A stretch of DNA of 59,215 bases from Klebsormidium nitens (lineage: Eukaryota > Plantae > Klebsormidiophyceae): assembly GCA_000708835.1 (NCBI GenBank), contig DF237494.1, positions 1 to 59,215 of the forward strand, written 5' to 3'. The notes beneath the pieces were generated by a model, which made no database searches, had not been told where the DNA came from, and saw nothing but the letters and a program-made list of their open reading frames with translations. Both the position numbers and the translations under genes were made by a program. Positions 1-12,800 of this stretch are shown here, piece by piece. Position 1 is the stretch's first letter. Each line of letters begins with the position of its first letter.

Positions 1-818
1 AATGTGTGCGCCCATGAGGAGAACTTTGAACTTCGGACTTGAAGTTCAAGTTCTGAGGACGGCCGGCATCCCGGCCGTATATGTAACTACTGGGTGGTGG
101 TTTAAAGAATGTCACAGTCTAGAATAGGTAGAGCTGTGTGGCAGACAGTGGAGCTTCAAGTTGGGACCAGGTGGGTTAGGGAAAGCCGGTTAACCGCTAA
201 TCCGGTCTTCAAGCAATCCTGATGTCACGGTAGGATCCGATTGACGGTCAGGAACCACGGGACACGATGGTCAGCCGTACACAACCGACCTCTGCCTCAT
301 TCAATTTCAAATGCAAGGCTTGCAAGCTGCAACCTAGGTTGACCTTGGACTCGGAGGCATCAGACTTCTGCAGCAAAAACCTTGCCGCTGCGTAGCTTCA
401 AGCTCCAGCGCCTCATGAGTCATGGATGAGGCAGGTGCCAAGGAGAACCAGGACAGTCACTCCTATACTATAGGGGCTATAGGGAGTCTGGTGTCGGCAG
501 CTGCTGGAAGTTTGTTTTGTAGTCGATCAGGCTAGGTGTGATGGTGCTGGCGTAGCTTTATAGGTACTCAACTTATTAGAAGGAAAGTAAGTTTAACTTA
601 GTTCCCAAATTGTGCTTCCAGATCAGGCAGGGACCGCCATTTACAATGGAGTGCAGGTCTTGATGGAAAGGGCCTTGAATAGCTGTAACAGATTGTGCTG
701 GCTAGAGTCAGCCACTGTTGATCAGCCAAAGCTTTTCTTCTTCAGTGAAGAAGAAGCCTTAGGCCAAGAAAACGCTCGTGTTTGAAAAGGAATTTGGCGC
801 ATCTCTGAGCAAGGCTAA

Positions 819-3800
819 ATGGAAAAAATATCAGTCTCCATCCGGGTTCGTCCTCTAAACAAGCAAGAGATTGCAAAAGGAACCCCTTGGATTGTGGATG
901 CAAACAGCCTTCATCTCTGCAATGAAAGACAGCAGCCCATCGCTGGGCAGGCTTACACATTTGGTAAGTTCTCGCTTGCTGAGAAAAAGCACGAGTATGA
1001 TTGTTTGCTTGTTGTCATCGTGGGGCATCTGAACACAATAGCATCTTAGCATCCCGAGCTGTGTCCATGTCTCTATGCAATCTGTCTCATCTGACAGCAC
1101 CTTTACTTTGTAACAGATCATGTCTTTAATGCTGGGATGCCCACACAGAGCATATACCAGGCTGTTACTGAAGACATCATCCAGTCAACTGTCAGTGGGT
1201 TCAACGGTGAGTCCTTTATGGATGTCGTAGGCCGCTGTAAAGTAGATGGTAGAAGAATATGTGCTCTCAAGTAATAGGGTGCGTTCAACGCCATTCACAT
1301 CTTGCATCACTGATCTTTTTCCGCTGCGGTATCTGACAGTTCCTTTTGTTGTAGGCACGGTGTTTGCTTACGGGCAGACAAGCAGCGGTAAAACCCACAC
1401 GATGAGAGGGACTCCTACTGAGCCAGGAATCATTCCGCTCGCCATCCACCATGTGTTTCAAATGATTGAACAGGTAAGCATGCCTTCCTTCCAATCAGGC
1501 TGGCTGCATGTTGAGAAGCATTTTGGCCTTGAGCAAGTTCAACGTTCAGGTGGGAGAACCTTCCAATCAGGCTGGCTGCATGTTGAGAAGCATTTCGGCC
1601 TTGAGCAAGTTCAATGTTCAGATGGAAGAAGCATAGTACAGCTTAGGAAGTACGATACAAGCTGACAAGAGCACACGCTGCAAGTGGTCAATGAGTTCTT
1701 ATTGAAGGGGCAATTGCTGAAAGCTGCGGTCTCTTGCAGACTGTGGACCGGGAGTTTCTTCTGAGAGTCTCATATCTGGAGATCTACAACGAAGAAATCA
1801 ATGACCTTCTCAACCCAGAAAATCGGAAGCTGCCAGTGCATGAGAACCTTGAGGTGAGTAGCTTCTCCCATGCCAATGCAATCATTTCGTGGACAGGTTG
1901 AGATTGAAAACATTCACCTGGAGGTACCGTACTTCAGTTCAGCGAACCACCAAATTTTGTTAGCTTGTTCGTCTTCTCTTGTCTTTTTAAGACAAGTGCA
2001 AGCTGCTATTACATCAAACTCAAAGCCATATGGTTGTTCTTGCAGCGTGGCGTGTTCGTTGCCGGACTGGCAGAGGAGATTGTAATGAGTGCAGAGCACG
2101 TCTTGGAACTCATGGCCAACGGAGAAGGTGAGAGCAACTCCGTTTTCGCTTGAATCAGTCTGCTACAACGGTAGCATAGTTGGACCATCGTTAGCATTTG
2201 TACCTTTCCTCTGCAATTGCAATGCTTTCAATGACTGGCAATCTTCCCCGAAACTTGCAGCGCACCGCCACATTGGTGAGACAAACATGAACCAGGCCAG
2301 CAGCAGGTCGCACACCATCTTCCGCATGGTAATCCCTACCTCTCGCCGACTCCCTTTACTCAACCAAGTCCAGCGAAAGATGTTTGCCTCAGCAGCTCTG
2401 TTTCCTTGTTCTAGTATTCCTTGATAGTCGTGCCGACTGTCTTGTAACAGCTCTATGCATAGCCATAGTCTTGGCAGCAGCATCGACTGAATTTTGCAAA
2501 CTTGCAATTTTAGGTCATTGAGAGCCGGGAGAAGCTAGGTGACGACGACTCTTCGATCGAAGAGCACGGCTGCGATGCTGTCCGCGTATCTTCCTTGGTA
2601 AGCTGCGAACTTTTTGCCAGCCCTTGAAGTTATTTCAACAAAAGCTTCTATAGAAATGATTAGTACGTCCTTGCTCTTTGGGGTCTTGCACTTTTGGATT
2701 TTGCCATGGGGTGTTTTGCAATCATACCGTCTTTGTGGTACAGACCTTGGTAGATTTGGCCGGGTCAGAGAGAGTTGCAAAGACTGGCGCCGAAGGTGCT
2801 CGCATGAAGGAGGGGACGCACATCAACAAGAGCCTGATGACCCTGGGGACCGTCATCAACAAGCTGGCAGAGGGTGTGGAGAAGAACGGGTAAGGATGAG
2901 TCTAACTTTCTTGAGACGAAGCAGCAACCGACAGCAATCCTCACAGGAGTGCTGCATTATACAATCTGCAAAAGTGGTGTCGATTACCAAACAATTGAAC
3001 TCGTATGCAACTGGACGGTCTGTGTGTATTGTGCGTTGTACTTGTTCATCTGATGTCAGGCTTCCAGTATCTTCCGACAGTCCTGCCCTTTTGCCTGTCA
3101 ATCAAGGTTTCATGCTCTGTGTTGGCCCATTTCATTGAGTTTCTGGCTTGGATTTTAATTACTCTCGGTTTTGCCTCGTTGTCCTGATCCCTGCAGAGGA
3201 CACATTCCTTATCGTGACAGCAAGCTTACCAGGATCTTGCAGCCAGCACTTGGTGGAAACGCCAAGACAGCAATCATCTGTAACGTGACACCATCTTTAG
3301 TGAGCACCTCTTCCATGTGCTCTGACGTAGCTGCTTCATGCTTCCATACCAGTTTTGAACGCTTGTACCAGTATTTCGTATACCGCTCTGAAGCACGTCC
3401 GGCCTGCTTCGGATATGCAGTGCATCAACGCGAGACTCCTCTGCCCCATCGTTCGCTTGAAGGCTCAAAAGCTCAGAGTCAACCGTTTGAGGACCTTCGA
3501 CGATCTGGGGCCGGCTTTTCGGTAATAAGCCCATGGCTCTCCGCGCAGATCCATGTTGAGGAGACGAGGGGAACGCTGCAGTTTGCTGGCCGCGCAAAGA
3601 GGATTGAAAATTGCGCTCAGGTTAATGAGGTGAGGATCTGCCGCTTGTGAATGAAGAGCATACCATACAGCAGGTTGAGCTCACGACAGAGCATGCAGAA
3701 CACGAGATGATTTTGCAGCTTCAGGTTTCTCGCACAACTTCGTATTCTCTTGGACCTCCTGTCGAAACTCTTGGCACAGCCCTTTCCTTTCGACGTCGGC

Positions 3801-6800
3801 CGCTTTGAGCAAGTGTACGAAGTCCACATTGCCGCTCAATTTGGCGTTGCAGATCGTGACCGAAGCAGCTCTTCTCAAGCGCCAGCAGCGGGAGATCGAG
3901 GAGCTGCGGCGCAAGCTGCAGGGAAACAACTCCGAGATCATGGAGGGAGAGATCGCCAAGATGCGGAACGCCATGCTCGCTGTGAGTTCTCTCAGCACGT
4001 TCACACGTGCATGGTTTCACTGGCAACCCTCTGCAAATAAGCACACTCTTTCAAGCAAGACACTTAATTTCGCTTGTAGAAAAGCAGATCACATCCTGAT
4101 TGTTGACGGATTTATGCGAAGTTGCCAGTCCAAGGATACGTGCAACAGATTTTCAAGAGAAGCACCGTCTCTGCTTTGCCGTTCAAAATGCTGTCCTGAC
4201 CCTTCACCTCCACTTGTTCGCAGATTGAGCTAGAAAAGGAGCGGCTGGCTTTGGAACTTGAGGAGAGGCGGGCCGAAGAGCAGCAGCGCCGAGCGGAGAC
4301 AGAGAAGCGGATCCGCGAGCAGCAGAAGAAGATTGACTCGCTAAGCCACATGGTGATCAACTCCGTCGTGGACGACACCCAGGAAAAGAAAAGCCGCAAG
4401 GTGGGGCTTCGGAGGCGGTGGTGAATCTCCGTAAAAAGCAAATCTTCGCTTGTCTAATCCTGAACGCTTCAATGAACACCTTCAACGGTTTGGGGCCTGT
4501 TTGTTGCTGACGTCGGGATTTAAGCTTCTTCCCAAACACAAGCCACAGACCTCAAACTGACAAGGGCCTTATCTGGTTCACTCTTCAGGGCAACCGCCGT
4601 GCTACGTGGGTGCCTCGCATCCAGCCTTCTGTCTTTACCGACTTAGCCCGTGACCGGCCCCCACTTCGAGAGGTCCCCCAGGGGCTCTTCGGTTCAGGGC
4701 TGCCCCTCCCGCCACGGTTGGGTAGGTCGCGAGACCTTCCCCCGGCCTTCGACCGCCTTGGAGAAGAGTCCCCGGAGCCTTCCACCGGGCGACCTTTCAG
4801 GATCTCCGAGGAGAACTCTTTGAGCGACGTAGGGGAGGAATCTCCGGGCGGTGTTTCACTAGGCAGGAGGTCAAGCGGCAGCCGGGCGGACAGCGGCAGG
4901 GCGTCCATTGAGAGCGCTGCAGCAGAGCCGACGGTGAGTGCACTATTCTGAGTCGGGCGTTCGAAGCAGGAATTGAAACGACACAACAAGAGCGCAACTC
5001 TGGCAGATGTAAGGACGAGATCAGCACATTGATCTGTTATGTGTGAAGGATCCCGCTTATGTCGACATTCAATAATCTTCTTCAACCGCACGTGCTTCGG
5101 CACGTGGTTCCCCTGTAGCCGAATCACTTAGTAAAGAAAATTTTAAAGTTTGGCAGCGGGTCCTTGACAGAAAAGCAAGCGCAGCAAGTACCAAGAGTTT
5201 TTGGGTTTAAGCCGCATACTAATTGACCTCTCTTTGCTGTGCTGACGCGCCCTGATGTTGGCCTGCAGGCTGAGCAACAGCTGGCGGATCTTCAGCAGAA
5301 GTACAAGGAGCTAGAGGAGCGCGTGCAAAAGGAGGATCAGCAGAATGCCGCCTCGGACCAGCTAGACACCGCAGGGCTTCCCGAGCTGGGGTCGATCCTG
5401 GAGGAGGACGAGCTGCCGATGGGTGTGATGGACCGGCGGGGCCGCAGCCTGGGCGGCGCCGACGGGCATGCATCCGTCAAAGCGCTTAAGGCGCAGGTGA
5501 ACACGTCACTATCGTCCAGTACTTCTCTCCTGACGACGATTAAACGTCGTCATTCGTCCAGCTTTGAAGATGAGCCGGAAGCACGGCGTAAAGCTCTAGC
5601 TTTTGAAAACGGGAAGTGTAGCTGATTCGGGAACTTATCAAGAGTGATGAGTGTCCCGGCGTTTTGTCCCTTATCTGTTTGATTGCAGGCATTGTAATGT
5701 GCGCTGAATTCAAGCAAGCTTTTTCCTGCTCCGAGCACTGCACTTCGTACGCTGCTGCGGACGGGGTTCACAAGGCATAGCATTTTGTCCATCAGCATCT
5801 GCCTGTGAGCCTGCCTTGATTTTGGGATTAACGAGTTGGTCTTTATGATAGGTGCAGCTGAAGCAGCTGGAGATGGAGAAGGTGTTCATGCAGCGGGAGC
5901 TGGACGACCTCACCGCACAGACCAAGATGCGCGCCAGCATCAGCAAGGAGGAACTAGCAGCGGTGAGCTATCAAACCAAGTTTTCCTGAAGTCACAAAGA
6001 TTCAGCTCCGAAGAAGCGGGTGCGCAAAAGCACGAAAGCATGGCCAGAACAGACGAACAGGGGACATAAGTGTGGTGCTTCACTTCTAGAATTCTGCGGG
6101 TATAAACGACTTAGCTTGGCAAACACTTTTCCGGATCCCCGATACCCGGTAGCCAAGCCCCTTTCACGTTTGACTGTGTCTGTCTTAAGCTATCCGTCCT
6201 TCGTTTCCCCTGACTCAGAGACGCTGATAGCTGATTTGTGAGATCACGCCTGAAACCACCAATCCTCGGTCCGTTTCGGTTACTTAATCTGCGGGAGGAC
6301 ACCCTAAAATCAGAAGCTTCTCCTCCTTGTCCACTTTATCAGATAGCTTCAGCACTGTCATATGATCGCCACGGCCAAGCACGTTCCCTTCATGCCGACG
6401 CTGCTCCGTGTGCTTGTCAGGTGTACGAGGAATTGGACGAGGCCCGCCGCGCCCTTGCCGACTCTCCGACTTCCCTGGTCCCGTCCGGAGCCTCCCTTGA
6501 CACGCTCGCTCTGCAGTCCCGCCTGTCGGAGGCCTTGCGCGAGAAGGAGGCTGCGCTCCAGGCGGCACACGAAGCAGAAGAAAGAGCAGTCCAAAGTGCG
6601 AGGGTTCAGATACAGGGCCTGGAAGAGCGCCTGGCAGAAGCTTTGCGTGAGAAGGAGGCCGCGGAAAAGGGATACAAGAGCGCTGTGAATTCAGCGAGGG
6701 CGCACAACGAAGGCCTGGGGGCCTGCCCGGCGGAGGTTGTGCTAACTACTGAGGAGATGCCGCTGCTGAAAACTCACATTACAGAACTGCAAACGCTGTG

Positions 6801-9800
6801 CGAAGAGCTGCAGAAGGAACTCGGGCTGGAGAAACGAGCGAGGGAAGAGGCGGAGGCGAGGGCAAGCGAGGTGGAACGGACGAACGCCGAGAACGAAATG
6901 GTGGTGGCAGAATTTCGGGAGAAGCTGGATGTGATGTTGGAAGAGAAGAAGGGCTGGGAAGCGGTTAAAACGGAAGAGGAAACATGCAGCGGGGTGCCTT
7001 GTGCGACAGATTTTCCGGACAGCGAAGCCGAGCTTGAGCTGGCTGCCAAGACGGAGCAGTTGGCCCAGGCAGAGGTTGCCCTAGCCGAAGCCCGGCAGCT
7101 GGTGTCCGAGCTGTTGAACGGGAAGGAGACCGGCGTGGGGTCTGTCGAAGCGACGGCTCTGGAGGCAGAGCTGGGCGAGGCGCGGGTTAAGATTGCGGAG
7201 CTGGAGGGCGACCTGGAGGAGGCGGTGCGCGTGCTGGAGGAGGATGACGTCAGGCGCGCGGAGCAGCAGGCGGCGCTGCACAGGGTGGAGGAGGAGCTGG
7301 CGCAGGCGCGGGCGGAGCTGGCGGCGAAAGATGACGTCACCTCCGAGGTTGAGGGCCTGAGAGCGGCACTGGCCACACAGAAGGGTGTGGAGGAAGAGCT
7401 GACGCAAACGATGAGTGAGCTCGCCGAGAGGGCTAACGTCGCGCCTGAGGTGGAGGGTCCGGGCACCGATGGTCCAGAAGGGATATCCTGCAAGATCGAG
7501 TCGTTGGAGGGCGATAAGAATAGGTTGGAGAAGGCCAATGAATCCTTAGCGGCGGAGCTCAAAGACGCGGAGTTGCGCGCAGAGAAAGCAGAGATCGAAA
7601 GCAGGACAGTGGCCCAAAGGGCGGAGGACATCACACGGGAGAAGGTTGCGCTGGAAGACAGGATGCGCGTAGTCCAGGACGAAGGGAGCGAAGTCACAAC
7701 GCAGCGCGAAGAGCTCGCACGGGCACAGAAGGAACAGGAGCAGATTAAGAGCGCCGCTGAAACGGCCGCGGCTGAGCTCGAGAAGCAGCTGGGCTTGCTG
7801 AAGGAGGCCGGCGAGGAGAGGAAGGGCCTGCTAAAGACAATTGCAGCTATGGAGGGTGAGCGGCAGAAGATGGACCAACTCATGCAGAGCATGGGGGAGG
7901 AGAAGGACGCTCTATTGCGGTCAGCGGAGTTGGCGGTGCGTGACAAAGAGGTGCGGGTGGCGGAACTGGAAACGGAACGGGCCCGGCTTGAAGGGGTGCT
8001 GAGAGAGCTGGAGGGGGAAAGGGACGCGCTGCAGAGGGCTGTGGAGGAGAGCCAGCGACAGGCGGAGACTGTCGAGCGAGAAAAGGAGGAGGCGGCAAGT
8101 GGGCTGAGAGCGCAGCTCCAGCAGGTAAGGGAGGAATGTACGGACCAAACAGTGAGAAAACAGGCAGTCTTCCCAGATCCTATTAGCGTAACTATTTTAA
8201 GGCTACCATTCGGCCTGAAAGGGCGAAAGGGGCTCGTTCCGTAAACCTCGCAATCTGATTTCCTGCAGCAATCTTCTGCCCGCTGTTTCGTTGGTTGCGA
8301 ACATGCAGATGTTGTGATTATGACGAACGAAAAGGCCGAGATGATTAGAAGAGAGCCGCTGCCATCTTTCCTTTATAAGCCGAGGCGCCAATCTTTGACT
8401 GGCGATGGTTCTGTCGTCTCCAGAAGGAACTTACTTATTACCTTAGGTATTCGAGAGCACTCTCCAACTTTTTTCTGTGACAGGTGCAAGAAGAGCTGGG
8501 TGCCGTGCTTAACGACAAGACTGCGCTTATCGAGCGTGTCGCTCTTCTGACTGAGGCGCGTGAGACGCTGGAGGCGAACCTCCGACAACAAGAGAGCAGC
8601 AAGGAGAGCTTGGAGAAGCAGCTCGCTGGATCCGAGGAGCAGCTTCAGGTACTTTCACAAAGTTTTCGTCTTAGCTTCTCGATCGGCATGGTACAAGATA
8701 TGACATCATAATCTGAAGCTGAACTTTTAGAGTCGAGAACTTGAGTCGAATTTCGCATGGCGTCTGAAGATTCTGGAGCGACCCAAGCTCGACAATTGAT
8801 GGAACAATACGTGCTCAGGAAATCAACTTCGTCGCATCCATTTTATGTGAACCTGGGGCTGGAATGGTGGACAGACCTAACGGACAGGGCGGACCAGGCA
8901 ACGTGCACCTCAAGATGTGACGATCTCTTGACAAATCTCGTTCTGTTTGTGTAAGGCACACGTCAACCGCCTTCGCTTGATATCGGTTGGGATGTTCTGT
9001 TTGTGCAGAGCCTCGTCGCAGAGAAGGCCGCGCTTGAAGAGGCCAAGTCTCAGTTGGAGACCACTGTCGCCAGCCTGGAGGCCCGCGTATCTGCCCTCGA
9101 CTCCGACTGCTCCAACTCCAGGGCCGCCCTTCAGACTTTCGCTGAACAGTGCGCGCGCGTGACCGCCGCCCTCAGCGAGCTGCAGCACACCCTCGAAACC
9201 TCCAAGCAGAAGCTGGCTGCGGTTGAGACGCAGAAAGCAGAGCTGGAAGCGCACCTGGCGGAGACGGAGGCGGCCTTAGCTACCGCGTCCCAACAAAGAG
9301 GCGAAGCCCTGCAGCGGGTCGCGGAGCTCGAGTCGCAGCTGGAGACGCAGAGGAGCGTGGCCTCGGAGGCGTTCAAGGAGCTGGAGGCGACCAAGCAGGT
9401 GCGGACCGCTTCTGCTCTGCAACTCTGGCTGGGAAGCTCCCAATGGAGTGACTGAACGTAGGCGTTGCGGTTGGATCATCCCGGCGCGATCCAGACGTGG
9501 CAAGGGACGCATTTCCGGGCAAGCTTTTGAAATCGAAGTACCTTGTAGAAGCAACACAATGCTCTTCCCACAAATGTTCTCCACGTCGCAGCTGCTTCGT
9601 GGTCACACATTCCGACATACATCGCACTCGTCACGGTATCCATGACAGCTAATCTGCTTGTCGTAAGAAAGCCGACCCGTAAACGGGAAAGCGGCATCCT
9701 AACCGAATTTTAGTGGTCGGAGTCCCCGTTTGGTCTCTCCTCATACTGTCCACAAAGCTCGTCCTGTCTATTCGAGTTTATTTTGGCATCTCCACCCGTA

Positions 9801-12800
9801 CTTTTTGCTGTGGCGCAGGCGCAGCACAAGGAGGTGGCTGCCCTGCGCGCGGACCTGGCGGCGCTGCGCAAGGAGGTGGCGCACTGCAAAGCGGAGCCGG
9901 CGGCGCTGGGCAAGCAGCGGGACGCGCTGCAGAAGGAGCTGGAGAAGCTGCGGGCCAAGATGAAGGACACCGAGGCCAAGCTCAAGACGGCGCTCCAGGA
10001 CAAGAACCAACTGCAGGTCAGGCACCCGAAGGACCGAACACGCTTGCAAATAATAGATGACGGGAGCATTAAGCCCTAAACATGCTACGAAAAGCATGTA
10101 ACACGCTTCGCTGTTCTGCCTACTTGGTGTTGTCAATCCTATCCAAGCTGGATTTGTAGAGTCTCTTTACTGGAGCCCACATGGATGACGAGAATGCATT
10201 CCCCTGTCCTTCACCTTCTCCTCGATCGGCTGACGCGTACTGGAAAAGGCACTTCCAGTTTCCAGCCGTTGATTGCTCTGAATCCTGCCTTCTTGTTTCA
10301 GGCCGAGAAGAGCGCCCAGGAGCGCGATCTGAAGCGGCTCCGCGGGCAGGCGGGACAGATCGAGAGCAACGCGTCTAAGCGCGAGTCAATGGCATTCAAG
10401 GCGCGCGACAGCCTGGCGGTGGGGCTCAAGAGTACGAAGAGCGAGTTGTCGTCCGTGCAAGTGGCGCTGCAGAACAAGAGCGTGGAGCTGGAGAAGACCG
10501 CCTTCGAGTTGCAGATGCTGCAGGTGGGCAAATGCCTGTGTAGCGAGAGGCGCGTGCTGTCTTCCATCAGAACGTGGGCGGTTCAGGAATCTTCAGGTCA
10601 AAACTCGATGTGTGATGGACCGAATGACCTCTTGCGTCTGACGTGGACTCACGCACAGTATCCTCTTTTCTTCAGTTGTTGGCCTTGGTCTCGAAGCTGG
10701 CGGCGTCGGACAGCAAGGGAAGCTCCTCGGAAAGCATGTCACCACATGCTTCCTGCCTTTGAGAATTCGTCTTCTTATAAGCTCGTCTCTTTGTGCTCGT
10801 GCAGGGTTCTTACAAGAGCCTGGAGGGCAGCGTGTCGGAGCTGGAGGGCGCGCGCGAGTGCCTGACGAGCCGCATCAGCGAGGTGGAGGCGTGCCTCGCG
10901 GGCGTGTCCGCCGAGCGCGACCAGCTGGCGGCCGACGCGGAGGCGCAATCGCGCGAGCTCGTGCTCGCGAGCCAGGAGGCGGAGAAGATCGCGCAAGAGC
11001 TGGCCTCGCTGGCAGCAGAGCATTCCGCGCTGGTGGACCAGTTGCGGGCAGCGGAAGAGGGGGCCAGGCGGGCGGAAGAGCTGGCGGCGGAACTGGAGAA
11101 GGTCAAGGCGGAGCAGGCACAGGTAGGGAAAGCCTTCTCTCACTGGACGATGAGACAACGTTAGTGCAGGGCGGACGCAAATGCGTAGAGTGCAGCTGGC
11201 TGCTAGTGAACGGCAGCAAGCAGATGCTTAAGGAACGGGACATGGTATGGAACTATAAGCAGACGGGAAGATTGCAGAAACTGACGCCCGCACCAGACAG
11301 AACAGTTTCTTTGAGTAACGCTCAGGCAAAGTTTTGACATTGCTAGCAAATTCCGGTGCAGGTCATGGAGCAGATGACGGAGTCGCACTTCCAGTTTGAG
11401 GAGGACCGAGCGGCCTGGGAAGCGAAAGCCGCGGAGGTGCGATCCCAGTCCGTTCTGTCGCCGCACCATAACTCGCTGCCGGTCTATGCTCTCGGCTCCT
11501 TCAGAGTCTCATCGCACTAGCGAATGGTCTTGGTCTGACACGTTCGTCCAATCTTGACGGGGTCGCACGAATGGTCTTGGTCTGACTCGTTCGTGCTATC
11601 GTGACGGGGTCGCACAGCGCAAGGCCATGCCATCCTTTGAAAGTTACTTGTAAGAAACTGTTTCAAAGCGATGCTGTGGATGACTGTTCCAGGCTGCCAA
11701 AGACAAGGCGGAATGGGAAGAGCAACTGGCGAGCTTGATTCAACTCCGGACAGAGATGGAGGCCAGGATCACGGGTCTCGACCAAGAGCGGATGCAGGTG
11801 TGCTATCTCAGGGCGTGGACCAGCTCCACATTTCTGTCGGTTAGAACTTGTCCATGATTTTGGGCCAAAAATAGCACGAGGATAATAGATTACGCCGACT
11901 TATATAATGCTGACACTTTGCGGCGTCCCTTGATCTCTATCGGAGTTGGCCGACGTGCTAGCACGGATGCATATGAGGAATGAACCTTCACCTTCGTCGG
12001 CGTCGAAATCGCATCGATGCGCGGGTTGCTCAAATACCACCTTCTGCCTATTTATGTTTGCGTATCTCTGATGCCCAGTTGAAGCAGCAGGCAAACGAAG
12101 CGGACTCCGACAAAGCGGCACTCCTTGAACAAGTAGGCGCACTGGAGCAGAAGACAATCGAGGAGCGGAAAGAGTACATCGAGAAAAAGGTGAGGCACCT
12201 CAGCTATTTCGACCAGATAGGCCCCTCCAGCAAGGAGGTCTTGAAGCCGGAAAAGGCAAACCCGACCAGGCTTTGATAGCATTTTGCTTCTTACTTGGAT
12301 GTCACCACTTTCAAAAATCAGTCCAAGTCTGCGACTTGGGATGAGCACACAGTTTCTAGCTACATTGAAGTCGTTGGCCATTTCCGGGTTTTGGCTGTGG
12401 AGAGCTTCTTCAGGTACTGAAGCTCCGCCCTATATTTTTGTGTTTGCTAGCTCGCATGAGGAGCGGCTCCTGACAGTTGTCCCTCGTATGTTTGGCAGGA
12501 CCAGGAGGTGGGCCGTTTGGTGGAGGAGGTGGCTGCCCTAAAGCTGCAGTGTGAGGAGCTGGAGCACCAGCTGGCGCTCGCGGACAAGAACCTCGAGGAC
12601 AGCAACACCACCAGGCAAGGCAACAAAATAAGAAATACGAACAACTCGTGCGTGCTGCGGTTGCTTGTTGAGGACCAGGTGGTTGTTTGATCCGGAAATG
12701 TTCCAACCCGGCGGGGCTGCCTTTTGTCGCTGAAAATTCGGCGTTAGTGACCCGTCGGCGTTGAGTCTCTGGCGATCGCAAAGCTCATCGTGCGGACCGA

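Noticed and set aside
793-800. TTTGGCGC, an E2F-like site before the kinesin ATG
   Set aside because: Single 8-mer 19 nt from the ATG, probably in UTR or intron sequence; cannot be distinguished from chance.
6774-7946. 390-aa minus-strand ORF, and many similar Ser/Ala-rich antisense ORFs across exons
   Set aside because: Antisense shadow of GC3-rich, Glu/Ala/Leu-rich kinesin coding sequence; the composition is the expected mirror image.
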